64,000 bases of DNA from Deltaproteobacteria bacterium (GTDB lineage: Bacteria; SAR324; JACQKK01): NCBI GenBank assembly GCA_029858505.1, contig JAOUEW010000008.1, positions 9,939 through 73,938 on the forward strand, given 5' to 3'. This document shows, in pieces, positions 47,068-57,976 of the stretch. The notes under the pieces are model-generated. The model was not told where the DNA came from, made no database searches, and was given only the letters and a program-made list of their open reading frames with translations. Every line of letters begins with the position of its first letter. Positions within the stretch are counted from its first letter, which is position 1. A program made the position numbers and the translations under genes.

Positions 47068-49602
47068 ATGCCAAAATCTATTCTGATTCTGGAGGAAAAC
47101 TCGGTTGTTCACGGGCTGATTGCCTCCTCCCTCGACGTGGAAGGGGTCACCCTGCATCACGAGTTTGATCCGGCCCGCTTCTTGGAAAAAGTGAAAGAAG
47201 TCCGCCCGGACCTCATCCTGATCAGCAATGAGGAACACCAACAGGGTTACCCCGTGTGCCGCCACCTGGGTGCCGATAAAGCATTTTCAGCCATACCATT
47301 GATTCTGCTGGCCAATTCCAGAGATTTTTTAGAGCCCCAAACCCTGAAAGACCTGCGCATTTCTGGGGTGATTCGCAAGCCCTTCGAGGCGGGAGACATT
47401 CAGCAGCAGGTGAGCAAGCACCTGGATTTGAACGATTTCATGGAATCCTCCTTCGAATTCCGCCGCTCTGGGGCCACTGGAGAGGACACCCCCCATCCCT
47501 TGTCGGGGGTGAAGGTGCTGGATTCGGATGTGTTGGGGTTGCTCCAAGATGACCCCGAAATCCCTGAAGAAGAAGCCATTCCAGACGTAAACTTTAACCA
47601 GGACCTGGAAACCGAGGGTTGGGGTGCCCAGGCGGCAGCCCCGGCGGCCCAGCCCACCCGACCGTTTGCCCCACAGGCCCCTGCTCCGAACGCGTTTCAA
47701 CCCCAAGTTGAGACCCAACAAGATTTTTCGGTGGATTCCTTCCAGGAAGAACCCTACCCGACAGAGACCTTCCCATCAGAGGACTTCCAGCCGGAAGAAA
47801 TCACCGAGTTGGGCGGCCAGGATATTCTATCGGCCCCCCAGCCCGGCCGAGGGGGCATGGCCCCGGCCTTCATGGAACAGCCCCTGAGAACAACCCCCCA
47901 GCCCCCTGCCGTGGAACCGGAGAGGGTGGAAGTGGAAATTCACGCCGAAGAAATCGATTTTCAGCGGATGAGCGCTTCGCTGCAAAGCGGAATTACCTTG
48001 TTTGAGGAAACCCCGGCCCCGCCCTCCCGCTCCTTCACGACCCCCGAGCCCTCTCGCCCGGCTGGCAAGCCAGCAAGCCAGTTTACTTCCCAGCCGGCCC
48101 CCCAGCCCGAACCCATGGTGGAGGCCTCGTCTTTCGACAGTTGGAACGCCGGGGAAGAATTTGACGCCCCTGCCCAGCCTGTGGCTCAACCCGCAGCCAA
48201 ACCCGTTGCCCAACCGGCCCCCCAGCCTGAGCCAGGGATGGAGCCCCTCGACAGTTGGAGCTCCGAGGAAGACTTTGCGGCCCCCTCCCTGGATGCCGAT
48301 GAAACCGGGTTTGAAACCGATCTGTCCTCGGCGGAAGAAGAAGAACTGCCCGACGCGGTCCGCCGGATGACCGAAATGAACTCGCCCCTGTCCATGACCC
48401 CAGAGGAACGGGCTACGATGGTGGAGGGCATGGCCCAAGAGGAAGGGGTGACCTTCGATTCTTCCGATGCCGAACTGTCTTCCATGGCCGACGACATGCG
48501 CAGCGTGGAGCTGGGCCAGCCCGAACCCTCGGCCTTCGAGGCCGCCCTGCCGACCCAAAACATTCCCCGGCGGGCGCCCGAACCAGAGTTTTTCACCACC
48601 CCGGATACCTTCAACGCAAACCCGGCAGACACCGCCAAACCTGTCCAAACCGGCCCGGATACCTGGGAATCTCCCTACCTGGAAAGCCCGCTGGAATACA
48701 GCATCGAGGAAGAATCCCTGACGGCGGACCCCTTTACCCCAGCGGCGCCCGCCCCGCGGGAAACACCCGACTTCCAGTTTGATGACGGCATGACCTATGA
48801 CACCGGAGAATCTTCCGTGCCCCCGGCCAGCAGCGGCCTGGATGCCTTTGAGGCCGAAACCATGGAGGGGCTGGACAGCATGACCCGCTCCTTTGAAGAA
48901 AAGCATTCCACCGAAACCCCCATGGAGTTCACGCCAGAAATTCATCACGAGAGCCCAGGATGGGAATTCGATGGAGCGGCCCCAGAACCCGTCAAAGAAG
49001 AGCCCCTGGCCCTGGATGGATTTTCACGGTCCACCAGCCCCGCCTCGGGAGGGTTAGAAGACCTGGAGGGCGTTCCCTCGTTTGACGAGCAAGAATTTTC
49101 CTTCGACGGGGGTGGGTCCTCTGCCGGAGGCTGGGATTCTTCTCCCCAGGGCGGTGAAAGCGATGGCTTTGATGACGCCCTGAGTATGCTGCGGGAAGAA
49201 ATTTACGCCCACCCGGAAGGCGAGCGGCTGGATGACCTGCTGACCCACGAGGCCGTGCAAGAAGCCGCCGCCAAGTTGGAAATGCCTTCGTTCTCTTCCC
49301 ACTCCACCTACATTCGGGCCATGGGGGTTTCGGTGCTCCCCGCCCAAGGAGACGTAGCCCCCCAAGAGGATGGATTAGACCAAGGCATGTTTGAAACCGA
49401 TTGGGCCAACCCCCCCACCAGATTTCAGCCCCCCGCCGGAGACCTGGACGGCCCCCACGCCTACCTGGACGAAGCCAGCATGGCCAAGCTGAACACTGTG
49501 CTAGACGAGGTGATTTCCACCTCGGTGCGCAGGGCGCTGGAAGAAGAAGTGCCCAAGATGATTCAAAAAGCCAGGCAGGATAAAGGACGGCATGGAGCTT
49601 GA
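47068..49602 (+). CDS. Pseudo-receiver plus long acidic/Pro-rich disordered region plus C-terminal helix (RomR/PopZ-like scaffold)
   Basis: Receiver with IRKPF but Ser at the phospho-Asp position; very long E/D/P/S-rich tract; overlaps the valS start. Confidence 0.7.
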   Translation: MPKSILILEENSVVHGLIASSLDVEGVTLHHEFDPARFLEKVKEVRPDLILISNEEHQQGYPVCRHLGADKAFSAIPLILLANSRDFLEPQTLKDLRISGVIRKPFEAGDIQQQVSKHLDLNDFMESSFEFRRSGATGEDTPHPLSGVKVLDSDVLGLLQDDPEIPEEEAIPDVNFNQDLETEGWGAQAAAPAAQPTRPFAPQAPAPNAFQPQVETQQDFSVDSFQEEPYPTETFPSEDFQPEEITELGGQDILSAPQPGRGGMAPAFMEQPLRTTPQPPAVEPERVEVEIHAEEIDFQRMSASLQSGITLFEETPAPPSRSFTTPEPSRPAGKPASQFTSQPAPQPEPMVEASSFDSWNAGEEFDAPAQPVAQPAAKPVAQPAPQPEPGMEPLDSWSSEEDFAAPSLDADETGFETDLSSAEEEELPDAVRRMTEMNSPLSMTPEERATMVEGMAQEEGVTFDSSDAELSSMADDMRSVELGQPEPSAFEAALPTQNIPRRAPEPEFFTTPDTFNANPADTAKPVQTGPDTWESPYLESPLEYSIEEESLTADPFTPAAPAPRETPDFQFDDGMTYDTGESSVPPASSGLDAFEAETMEGLDSMTRSFEEKHSTETPMEFTPEIHHESPGWEFDGAAPEPVKEEPLALDGFSRSTSPASGGLEDLEGVPSFDEQEFSFDGGGSSAGGWDSSPQGGESDGFDDALSMLREEIYAHPEGERLDDLLTHEAVQEAAAKLEMPSFSSHSTYIRAMGVSVLPAQGDVAPQEDGLDQGMFETDWANPPTRFQPPAGDLDGPHAYLDEASMAKLNTVLDEVISTSVRRALEEEVPKMIQKARQDKGRHGA

Positions 49603-52246
49603 CCGTTATTCCCCCGCCCTGCTGGAGGAAAAGTGGTACCGTTACTGGACGGATCGGGGGTTGTTTCAACCCTCCATGGATAAGAACCGCCCGCCCTTCT
49701 GCATCGTCATTCCCCCGCCCAACGTCACCGGCTCCCTGCACATGGGCCACGCCTGGGACAACACCCTCCAGGATTTGTTGATCCGCTGGGAGCGGATGCG
49801 CGGCAAAAACACCCTGTGGGTCCCCGGCACCGACCACGCTGGCATTGCCACCCAATGGATGGTGGAAAAAATGCTGCGGAAAGACGGCAAAACCAAGGAA
49901 GGCCTGGGGCGGGAGGCATTTCTCAAAACCACCCACGCCTTCGCCGAAGAATCGAAGCGAACCATTACCGGCCAGCTGCGGCGGCTGGGGGTTTCGTGCG
50001 ACTGGAGCCGGGAACGGTTTACCCTGGACGAAGGCCTGACCCGGGCGGTTCGGCGGGAATTCGTGGAACTGCACCGCCGGGGGCTGGTGCGCCGCGACAA
50101 ACGCCTGGTGAACTGGTGCCCCCGCTGCCTCACCGCCCTGTCAGACTTGGAGGTGAACCACGAGGAAAAAGAAGGGGGCATGTGGCACATTCGCTACCCC
50201 CTGGCCCAAGGCGGGGGGCACATCGTGGTGGCCACCACCCGCCCGGAAACCCTGCTGGGAGACACCGCCGTGGCGGTGCACCCAGAAGATGAACGCTACA
50301 AGGACCTGGTGGGCAAAATGGTGAACCTGCCCCTCACGGGGCGGGCCATTCCCATCGTGGCCGATGACTACTGCGACCCCTCGTTTGGCTCTGGCGCGGT
50401 GAAGGTGACCCCAGGCCACGACCCCAACGACTTTGCCATCGGCCAGCGGCACAACCTGCCCATCCTCACCGTGATGAACGACGACGCCACCCTCAACGAC
50501 CTGGCGCCAGAAGCCTATCGGGGGATGGACCGGTTCAAGGCCCGCCAGCAAATGGTGGAGGACCTGGCCGCCCAGGGGCTGCTGGAAGGCCACAAAAAAC
50601 ACGTGCACATGGTGGGGGGGTGCAGCCGCTGCCACACCGTGGTGGAACCCCGGGTGTCGCTGCAGTGGTTCGTGAGCATGGAGGCCATGGCCCGCCGGGC
50701 GGTGGAAGCCGTGCGCTCGAAGCAGATAGAACTGCTGCCAGACTATCAGGAAAAGATTTTCTACGAGTGGATGAACAACATCCAAGACTGGTGCGTGTCT
50801 CGCCAGTTGTGGTGGGGCCACCGCATTCCGGTGTGGTACTGCAGCGCTTGCGGAACGGAACACGTGTCGGAGCAAGACTTGGCCGCCTGCCCGGCCTGCG
50901 GCGGGGGGCTAACCCAGGACCCCGACGTGCTGGACACCTGGTTCTCCTCGGGATTGTGGCCGTTTTCGGTGATGGGCTGGCCGGAGAACACCCCAGAGCT
51001 GAAGACCTTTTACCCCACTTCGGTGTTGGTCACCGGGTATGATATTCTGTTCTTCTGGGTGGCCCGCATGGCCATGCTGGGGCTGACCTTCATGGATGAG
51101 GTCCCTTTCCGCCAGGTATTTTTGCACGGCTTGCTGCGCGACAAAAACGGCGAGAAAATGTCGAAGACCAAGGGGAACGGCATTGACCCCCTGGAGGTGA
51201 TTGACCAGCACGGCGCCGACGCCCTGCGCTTTACCCTGGCCGCCCAAACCGTGATGGGCAAAGATATGTCGCTGTCGGAAGCGGCCATTGTGGGCTACCG
51301 GAACTTCATCAACAAAATCTGGAACGCCACCCGCTTTTACCTGGGCCACCAGGAACGCCTGGGGCCGCCCCCAGCCTGGCAGGGCCGGGCCCTGGGGCCC
51401 TTCGATCAGTGGATTCTCTCCCGGGCCGACCTGGCCGCGGGCGAGGCCAACCGCCACATGGAGGCCCGCCGCTTCAACGAAGCGGCCAAGGCCTTGTATC
51501 AGTTTGTGTGGGGCGAACTGTGCGATTGGTATGTGGAAACCGCCAAGCCTTCGCTCACCGGCGGCGATGCCCAGCGGGCCCTCACCACCCTGGGGGTTCT
51601 GCGGAGCGTGCTGGACCAGGCCCTGCGCCTGCTGCACCCCTTCATGCCTTTTGTCACCGAAGAACTGTGGCAGGCCCTGCGGGGAGACGCCCAGGAAAAC
51701 GAACGGCAGGGCCTGAGCGTGATGGTGCAGCCCTACCCCCAAGGAGGGGAGTACGCGGCCCCGGCGGAGCAGGTGGCCCGGGCCGGAGGGGTGATTGCCG
51801 TGGTGGAAGCCCTGCGGGCCATCCGAGGGGAATACAACGTGCCCCCCAAGCACAAAATCGAAGCGGTGCTGGTGACCACCCGGGACGACCTAAAATTGGC
51901 GGTGGAGGGCGAGGGCGACATGCTGCGCTTCTTGGCGGGGGTGGCCCGGCTCGACATCGCCCCGGCCCAGGCCGAACGCAAAGGGTACAGTTCCGCCGTG
52001 GGGGAAGGATTCGAGGTGCTGGTGTCGCTGGCGGGGCTGGTAGACACCGCCGCGGAACGCGCCCGGATGGGCAAAGAAATGGGGCGGCTGAAAGAAAAAG
52101 CGGAGATGCTGGCCGCCAAGCTGGACAACCCAGCCTTCCGCGACAAAGCCCCCCCGGCGGTCATTGAAAAAAACCGGGCAGAACTGGCCAGCCTGGAAGA
52201 ACAAATGGCCGCCCTGGCCAACAGCCTAGAGGCCCTGCCAGGATAG
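49592..52246 (+). CDS. valS: Valyl-tRNA synthetase
   Basis: PPPNVTGSLHMGH, DWCVSRQLWWGH, DTWFSS, KMSKT, C-terminal coiled coil. Confidence 0.98.
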   Translation: MELDRYSPALLEEKWYRYWTDRGLFQPSMDKNRPPFCIVIPPPNVTGSLHMGHAWDNTLQDLLIRWERMRGKNTLWVPGTDHAGIATQWMVEKMLRKDGKTKEGLGREAFLKTTHAFAEESKRTITGQLRRLGVSCDWSRERFTLDEGLTRAVRREFVELHRRGLVRRDKRLVNWCPRCLTALSDLEVNHEEKEGGMWHIRYPLAQGGGHIVVATTRPETLLGDTAVAVHPEDERYKDLVGKMVNLPLTGRAIPIVADDYCDPSFGSGAVKVTPGHDPNDFAIGQRHNLPILTVMNDDATLNDLAPEAYRGMDRFKARQQMVEDLAAQGLLEGHKKHVHMVGGCSRCHTVVEPRVSLQWFVSMEAMARRAVEAVRSKQIELLPDYQEKIFYEWMNNIQDWCVSRQLWWGHRIPVWYCSACGTEHVSEQDLAACPACGGGLTQDPDVLDTWFSSGLWPFSVMGWPENTPELKTFYPTSVLVTGYDILFFWVARMAMLGLTFMDEVPFRQVFLHGLLRDKNGEKMSKTKGNGIDPLEVIDQHGADALRFTLAAQTVMGKDMSLSEAAIVGYRNFINKIWNATRFYLGHQERLGPPPAWQGRALGPFDQWILSRADLAAGEANRHMEARRFNEAAKALYQFVWGELCDWYVETAKPSLTGGDAQRALTTLGVLRSVLDQALRLLHPFMPFVTEELWQALRGDAQENERQGLSVMVQPYPQGGEYAAPAEQVARAGGVIAVVEALRAIRGEYNVPPKHKIEAVLVTTRDDLKLAVEGEGDMLRFLAGVARLDIAPAQAERKGYSSAVGEGFEVLVSLAGLVDTAAERARMGKEMGRLKEKAEMLAAKLDNPAFRDKAPPAVIEKNRAELASLEEQMAALANSLEALPG

Positions 52247-52465
52247 CCCCAGCGCGAAGCAGAACGGGGAACGCACGCAACCCGCGCGAAATTCCTGACG
52301 AACACCTGATTTTACCGAAGGCCATTTTAGTAAGCCAAGGGGCATCAAAGACCACAGCCCCCGAAGTTTTTCATCCATGGAGACCGAATCTGCCCTGGCT
52401 TCAACATGCCTTGGGTGTTCAACATCACGACGTCAACCGACGTATTCTTTTGAGCGAAAACCACC

Positions 52466-54052
52466 ATGACCCACAAAATTCTCATCACTGGCGCCCTGGA
52501 CCCCCTGGCCCTGGAAATCTTCTCCAAGGCCAAAGACGTGAGCGTGGACTACAAGCCCGACATTCCCTACGCCGAGGTGCTGAAGATCATCGGCGACTAC
52601 CACGCCCACGTCAGCCGGTCGGAAACCGACGTGACGGCGGAGATGATTGACAAGGGGGTGAACCTGAAGGTCATCGCCCGGGCGGCGGTGGGCATTGGCA
52701 ACATTGCCGTGGAGCACGCCACCGAGAAGGGCATTCTGGTGATCAACACCCCAGGCAAAAACACCAACTCGGCGGCAGAGCTGGCCTGGGCCCTGCTGCT
52801 GGCCGCCATGCGCAAGGTGGTGAGCGCCCACCTGAACGTGGCCGGGGGCGGCTGGAACCGCCACAAGTTCACCGGCAGCGAACTGATGGGCCGCACCATC
52901 GGCATCATCGGCCTGGGCAACGTGGGGCACCGGGTGGCCCGCTTTGCCAACGGGTTCGACATGAAAGTGCTGGCCTACGACCCCTACATTGCCGATGAGG
53001 TGTTTGAGTCTCACCAGGCCCAGAAAGTGGACCTGGCCACCCTGCTGGCCCAGTCGGACGTGGTGAGCCTGCACGTGCCCAAGACCAAAGAGACCACCAA
53101 CATGATTTCCGCCAAGGAAATTGCCCTGATGAAAGACGGGGCCGTGCTGCTGAACACCGCCCGGGGCGGGGTGGTGAACGAAAAAGCCCTGGTGGAAGCC
53201 CTGACCGCTGGCAAACTTTCCGCCGCGGGCATTGATACCTTCGACGTGGAGCCCCCCAAAGACAACCCCCTGGCCAAACTGGACAACGTGGTGCTCACCC
53301 CCCACATTGGGGCCTCGACCCTGGAAGCCCAGCTGCGCATCGCCGAGTCGATTTCCACCCAAACCATCCGCGCCCTGCGGGGCGAAGTGGTGGATTACCC
53401 GGTGAACATGCCCCGCATGAAGTCCATGATGACCCCCCTGGCCAAATACTACACGGTGCTGGCGGAAAAACTGGGGGTCATCGCCTGCCAGTCGTTAACC
53501 TTCAACCCCCGGCAAATCAGCCTGCTGTACCGGGGGGCCCTAAAGCGCGATGAAGGCGAACTGGTGCGCATGGCCTTCCTCAAGGGCTTCTTAACCATCT
53601 CGGCGGGGGCCAACATTACATTCGTGAATGCCGACAAAACCGCGGCCCAGCGGGGCATTCAGGTGCAAGAAGACGCCGACCCCGGATTCGCCGATTATCA
53701 CTCGGCGGTCAAGGTGGTCATTACCGACAACGAGCACACCTTTACCATCGGCGGGGTGGTGTTTGGCGAGAACAACTACCGGCTGAGCCTGATCAACAAC
53801 TTCGCCTTCGAGGTGGTGCCGGAAGGCCACATGCTCACCATGGTCAACCGGGACCGCCCGGGGGTCATCGGCAAGGTGGGCACCCTGCTGGCCGAAGGCG
53901 AGGTAAACATCTCTCAGTTTGAACTGGCCCGCAACCGCCCCGGCGGAGAGGCCATGAGCGTCATCCGGGTAGACTCCCCCGTGCCCGAAGCGGTCATCGC
54001 CAAAATTCGGGAACTTCCCTTTGTGCTGTCGGTGGTTCCCATCACGGTGTAG
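52466..54052 (+). CDS. serA: D-3-phosphoglycerate dehydrogenase (with ASB and ACT domains)
   Basis: GLGNVG, NTARGG, TPHIGAST.EAQ, NRDRPGVIG ACT domain. Confidence 0.93.
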   Translation: MTHKILITGALDPLALEIFSKAKDVSVDYKPDIPYAEVLKIIGDYHAHVSRSETDVTAEMIDKGVNLKVIARAAVGIGNIAVEHATEKGILVINTPGKNTNSAAELAWALLLAAMRKVVSAHLNVAGGGWNRHKFTGSELMGRTIGIIGLGNVGHRVARFANGFDMKVLAYDPYIADEVFESHQAQKVDLATLLAQSDVVSLHVPKTKETTNMISAKEIALMKDGAVLLNTARGGVVNEKALVEALTAGKLSAAGIDTFDVEPPKDNPLAKLDNVVLTPHIGASTLEAQLRIAESISTQTIRALRGEVVDYPVNMPRMKSMMTPLAKYYTVLAEKLGVIACQSLTFNPRQISLLYRGALKRDEGELVRMAFLKGFLTISAGANITFVNADKTAAQRGIQVQEDADPGFADYHSAVKVVITDNEHTFTIGGVVFGENNYRLSLINNFAFEVVPEGHMLTMVNRDRPGVIGKVGTLLAEGEVNISQFELARNRPGGEAMSVIRVDSPVPEAVIAKIRELPFVLSVVPITV

Positions 54053-54054
54053 CC

Positions 54055-54267
54055 ATGCCCCAAGACCTGGGCAAAACCCTGATCGTTGTGGGGCTGGGGC
54101 TGGCGGCCCTGGGGGTATTGTTCACCCTGGGAAAAAGCCTGGGTTTGGGCCGCCTGCCAGGGGATTTCCTCCTCAAGCGAGAGAACGTCACCCTTTATTT
54201 TCCCCTGGCCACCAGCGTGTTGCTGTCGGTGGGGCTTTCCCTGGTGTTTTGGCTGTTCCGCCGGTAA
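54055..54267 (+). CDS. DUF2905 small membrane protein
   Basis: LGRLPGDF..YFPLATS motif. Confidence 0.88.
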   Translation: MPQDLGKTLIVVGLGLAALGVLFTLGKSLGLGRLPGDFLLKRENVTLYFPLATSVLLSVGLSLVFWLFRR

Positions 54268-54461
54268 GTCCACAATTCCCGCCCTATTTGTTCTATTCTT
54301 TTTATATATATTGCCCTGTCTCTTGCCCCCTTTTTTCCGTTGTCTTCCAATCAAATCAACCCCCTCTTTGTTCTACGGATCCTTTTTTCTGGGATTGTCG
54401 TATATTGAAACAGTGCGTTCTTTTTTGGAGCATCTCCTGAGCATCCCGATCCCAGGTTCCC

Positions 54462-55931
54462 ATGACCGCTGCCCCCCCGGAAAACGAATCTGCCCCCACT
54501 TCCCCCCCGCCCTACAACGTACTGCTGTGCATCGCCGACCCCCGGATGCGTCAATTGCTGGCGTTTAGCTTCCGACGGAGTCAATTGCACGTGGTGGAAA
54601 CCTCCACCGCCCAAGAGGTGCTGGCCCAAAGCAAACAGATGAACTCCTACGCCGCGGTGTGCGTATGCGACCTTCCCCCCCAGGGGATGGACGGAGTGGC
54701 CTTTCTGCGGGCCATGCAAAAAGCCTCAGTCTATCATCCCGTGGTGATGATCACCGAGGATGTGTCTCCGGCGGAATTGATCCGGCTGGAAAAAGCCGAT
54801 GTGTACCGGGTGATCAAGCGAGACGTGGGGCTGGAAGACCTGCGCATGACGGTGCGAAACGCCATGGTGTTCTCTCATCTGCAGATCCGGGTAGAGCAGA
54901 TGGAGCAGGAGCATCAAGGCATCATCCCCGACATGATTGGCAGCAGCGCGGCCATTGTAAAGGTGCGAAAACTGGTGAACAAAGCCCTGAACCGGGATAT
55001 TACCGTTTTGCTGGAGGGAGAAAGCGGCACGGGAAAGGAACTGGTGGCCCGGGCCATTCACACCCAATCCAACCGCAAGGAGCACAAATTCGTGGCCATC
55101 AACTGCGCGGCCATCAACCCCACCCTGCTCGACAGCCAGCTGTTCGGCCACGAGCGGGGAGCCTTCACCGGCGCCATCAACCGCCAGGTGGGCCGGTTTC
55201 AAGAGGCCGACGGCGGAACGTTGTTCTTGGATGAAGTGGGGGATTTAAGCATGGAGCTTCAGGCCAAACTGCTGCGGGTCATCCAAACCCGGGTGGTGGC
55301 CCCCCTGGGTGGAAAGGAAACCAAGGTCGACGTGCGGCTGGTCTCGGCCACCAACGTGGATTTGCAGGCCGCCGTGCGCGCCGGGCGGTTCCGCCAAGAT
55401 TTATACTACCGGCTGGCCGGGTACCCTATTCCTCTTCCCCCCCTGCGTTCTCGGGGAGACGACGTGATCACTCTGGCTCGGTTCTTCTTGCAGCAGTTTG
55501 CCAAAAAGGAAAACAAAAAAATCCAGGGCATCAAGCCCGACGTGGAGAAAGCCCTGTTAAAACACAACTGGCCGGGGAACGTGCGGGAGCTGGAAAACAT
55601 GATCTTCCGCGCGGTGGTGATTTGCGAGGACAAAAAACTGTCCATGGAGGATTTCCCCGCCCTGCTGGGGGAAGACCTGCGGGAAAGCGCTCCTTTTCCG
55701 GCCCCGCCTGCCTGGGCTCCGCCAGCGCAGGCCGTGCCGGTGGCTGCCGCCCCTTCTTTTGGAACTCCAGAGCCTCCCGCCGGGCCGCAGTCGCTGGCCA
55801 ACCTGGAGGCCCATGCCATTCGCCACGCGGTGGAACAAGCCCGGGGAAACCTGAGTCTGGCCAGCCGGACCCTGGGCATCAGCCGGGCCACCTTGTATCG
55901 CAAGGTCGAACGCTACGGGCTGAAAATGTAA
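54462..55931 (+). CDS. Sigma-54-dependent NtrC-family regulator (receiver-AAA-Fis HTH)
   Basis: GESGTGKE, GAFTGA, LFLDEVG, WPGNVREL, LGISRATLYRK. Confidence 0.95.
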   Translation: MTAAPPENESAPTSPPPYNVLLCIADPRMRQLLAFSFRRSQLHVVETSTAQEVLAQSKQMNSYAAVCVCDLPPQGMDGVAFLRAMQKASVYHPVVMITEDVSPAELIRLEKADVYRVIKRDVGLEDLRMTVRNAMVFSHLQIRVEQMEQEHQGIIPDMIGSSAAIVKVRKLVNKALNRDITVLLEGESGTGKELVARAIHTQSNRKEHKFVAINCAAINPTLLDSQLFGHERGAFTGAINRQVGRFQEADGGTLFLDEVGDLSMELQAKLLRVIQTRVVAPLGGKETKVDVRLVSATNVDLQAAVRAGRFRQDLYYRLAGYPIPLPPLRSRGDDVITLARFFLQQFAKKENKKIQGIKPDVEKALLKHNWPGNVRELENMIFRAVVICEDKKLSMEDFPALLGEDLRESAPFPAPPAWAPPAQAVPVAAAPSFGTPEPPAGPQSLANLEAHAIRHAVEQARGNLSLASRTLGISRATLYRKVERYGLKM

Positions 55932-56058
55932 GCTGGTCTTTTTTTCTTTTCCTCCCGTTTATGGTAGAGATTGACCAGACAAGAAAACGCCAAGAAACGA
56001 AAGCATCGCGCACAGAGAACACAGGCACTGAATCGTTCACCCCTTCCAGGGAATACCC

Positions 56059-57342
56059 ATGACCGACAAAGCAAAGCTAGACGTAGGCGGTAAAACCGTG
56101 GAACTCCCCCTGGTGGTGGGATCGGAAAAAGAGGTGGGAATTGATATTTCCGCCCTGCGCCAAGCCACCGGCGCTATTACCCTTGATTATGGCTACGGCA
56201 ACACGGGTTCTTGCGAAAGCGCCATTACTTTTCTCGATGGCGAGGAAGGCATTCTGCGCTATCGGGGTTATCCCATCGAGGACTTGGCCGAAAAATCGTC
56301 CTTTTTAGAGGTCAGCTACCTGCTGATCTACGGTGAACTGCCCACCCCCCAGCAGATGAAAGACTTCAACCGCAACATCGCCCGCCATTCCCTGCTGCAC
56401 GAAGACATGAAAAATATTTTTCAGGCCTTCCCGCCCGACGCCCACCCCATGGCCATCCTGGGGTCGGTGGTGTGCGCCCTGTCTACCTATTATCAGCACG
56501 GCGATGAAACCCATGAGGAAGGGCTGAATCAGTCGATTTACCGGCTGATGGGCAAGCTGCCCACCATTGCTTCCTTTGCCTATAAAAAATCCATCGGCCA
56601 GCCCTACATTTACCCCCGCACCGACCTGGATTATTGCACCAACTTTTTCCACCAAATGTTCGCCGTGCCCACCGAGCCCTACCCGGTGCATCCCGACATC
56701 GCCCGGGCGCTGGACGTTTTGTTGATTTTGCACGCCGACCACGAGCAAAACTGCTCCACCTCCACGGTGCGGTTGGTGGGCTCTAGCCAGGCCAACCTGT
56801 TCGCCTCCATCTCGGCGGGAATTTCAGCCCTGTGGGGGCCCCTGCACGGCGGGGCCAACCAAGCCGTGCTGGAAATGCTGGAGGCCATCAAGGCCGGCGG
56901 GGGAGACGTGAAGAAATACGTGGCCATGGCCAAAGACAAAAACTCCTCGTTTCGGCTGATGGGCTTTGGCCACCGGGTTTACAAAAACTTCGACCCCCGG
57001 GCCAAAATCATCAAAGCCCATGCCGACCGGGTACTGAGCCTGCTGGGGATGGACGACCCTTTGATCCACATTGCCCACGAGCTAGAGGAAGCCGCCCTGA
57101 AGGACGACTACTTCATTCAGCGCAAGTTGTATCCCAACGTGGATTTTTACAGCGGCATCATCTACCGGGCCTTGGGCATTCCCCAAAACATGTTCACGGT
57201 GATGTTCGCCATTGGGCGGCTGCCGGGCTGGATAGCCCATTGGAAGGAAATGAACCGCTCCGACAAAAACCGCATTGGCCGCCCCCGGCAAATTTACACC
57301 GGCAGCACCAAGCGGGAATACAACCCCATACACAAGCGGTAG
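56059..57342 (+). CDS. gltA: Citrate synthase
   Basis: HADHEQNCST, GPLHGGAN, GFGHRVYK, YPNVDFYSG. Confidence 0.97.
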   Translation: MTDKAKLDVGGKTVELPLVVGSEKEVGIDISALRQATGAITLDYGYGNTGSCESAITFLDGEEGILRYRGYPIEDLAEKSSFLEVSYLLIYGELPTPQQMKDFNRNIARHSLLHEDMKNIFQAFPPDAHPMAILGSVVCALSTYYQHGDETHEEGLNQSIYRLMGKLPTIASFAYKKSIGQPYIYPRTDLDYCTNFFHQMFAVPTEPYPVHPDIARALDVLLILHADHEQNCSTSTVRLVGSSQANLFASISAGISALWGPLHGGANQAVLEMLEAIKAGGGDVKKYVAMAKDKNSSFRLMGFGHRVYKNFDPRAKIIKAHADRVLSLLGMDDPLIHIAHELEEAALKDDYFIQRKLYPNVDFYSGIIYRALGIPQNMFTVMFAIGRLPGWIAHWKEMNRSDKNRIGRPRQIYTGSTKREYNPIHKR

Positions 57343-57361
57343 CGCGTGGCGTGGAAAATAA

Positions 57362-57397
57362 GACTGGGGGGTGAACCCCCCAGTCGCCTGTTTTTTC
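57362..57397 (+). terminator. Hairpin terminator between convergent gltA and the L,D-transpeptidase gene
   Basis: gactgggggg-tgaa-ccccccagtc followed by a T tract. Confidence 0.8.
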
Positions 57398-57976
57398 TTA
57401 CCCCTCCAGAATTTCCACCAGGGTTCCCACTTCCACCAGGTCGAACAACTCGGCCACGGCTTGGTTGGCCATCCGCACGCAGCCGATGGAGCGGGGCTGG
57501 CCCAGCCAGCCTTCTTCCCGGGTGCCGTGGATGTAAATGTAGCGGTCGTGGGTGTCCACCTCTCCCCCCTGGTTTTTCCCCGGCTCTAACCCCCCCAGCC
57601 ACAAAATGCGGGTGGTGATGGCGTCCTCCCCCGCTGCCGGCTGGCCTTCCAGCGGCAAAACCACCTGTCCGGTTTCTTTGCGGCCTTTGAACACCGCCCC
57701 CAGGGGGGCGCCTGCCCCGATTTTTTCTTCCACCCGGTGACTGCCCATGGGGGTTTGGTGAGAGCCCCGCTGGCAGCCTAACCCCCGGGCGCTGGTGGAC
57801 ACTGGCCAGGTTCGTTCGATCTTCCCTTCCCGCACCAGCCACAGTTCCTGCCGGGGGGGGCAAACCACCAGCACGGGCTGCCGGAAGCTCAACCCATGGG
57901 GTGCCAAGCGGGCCAGGGCGGCGGCCAGGGCCTGGGCGACGAAAGCGGCAGATTCAGTGGAAGAAGCATTGCTCAT
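57398..57976 (-). CDS. L,D-transpeptidase (YkuD family)
   Basis: TPMGSH, IYIHGT..LGQPRSIGCVRM (HxX14-17[ST]xGC). Confidence 0.9.
   Translation of the reverse strand: MSNASSTESAAFVAQALAAALARLAPHGLSFRQPVLVVCPPRQELWLVREGKIERTWPVSTSARGLGCQRGSHQTPMGSHRVEEKIGAGAPLGAVFKGRKETGQVVLPLEGQPAAGEDAITTRILWLGGLEPGKNQGGEVDTHDRYIYIHGTREEGWLGQPRSIGCVRMANQAVAELFDLVEVGTLVEILEG

Noticed and set aside
52247..52465. Riboswitch or T-box upstream of serA
   Set aside because: I could not identify the conserved motifs; an Rfam scan would be needed
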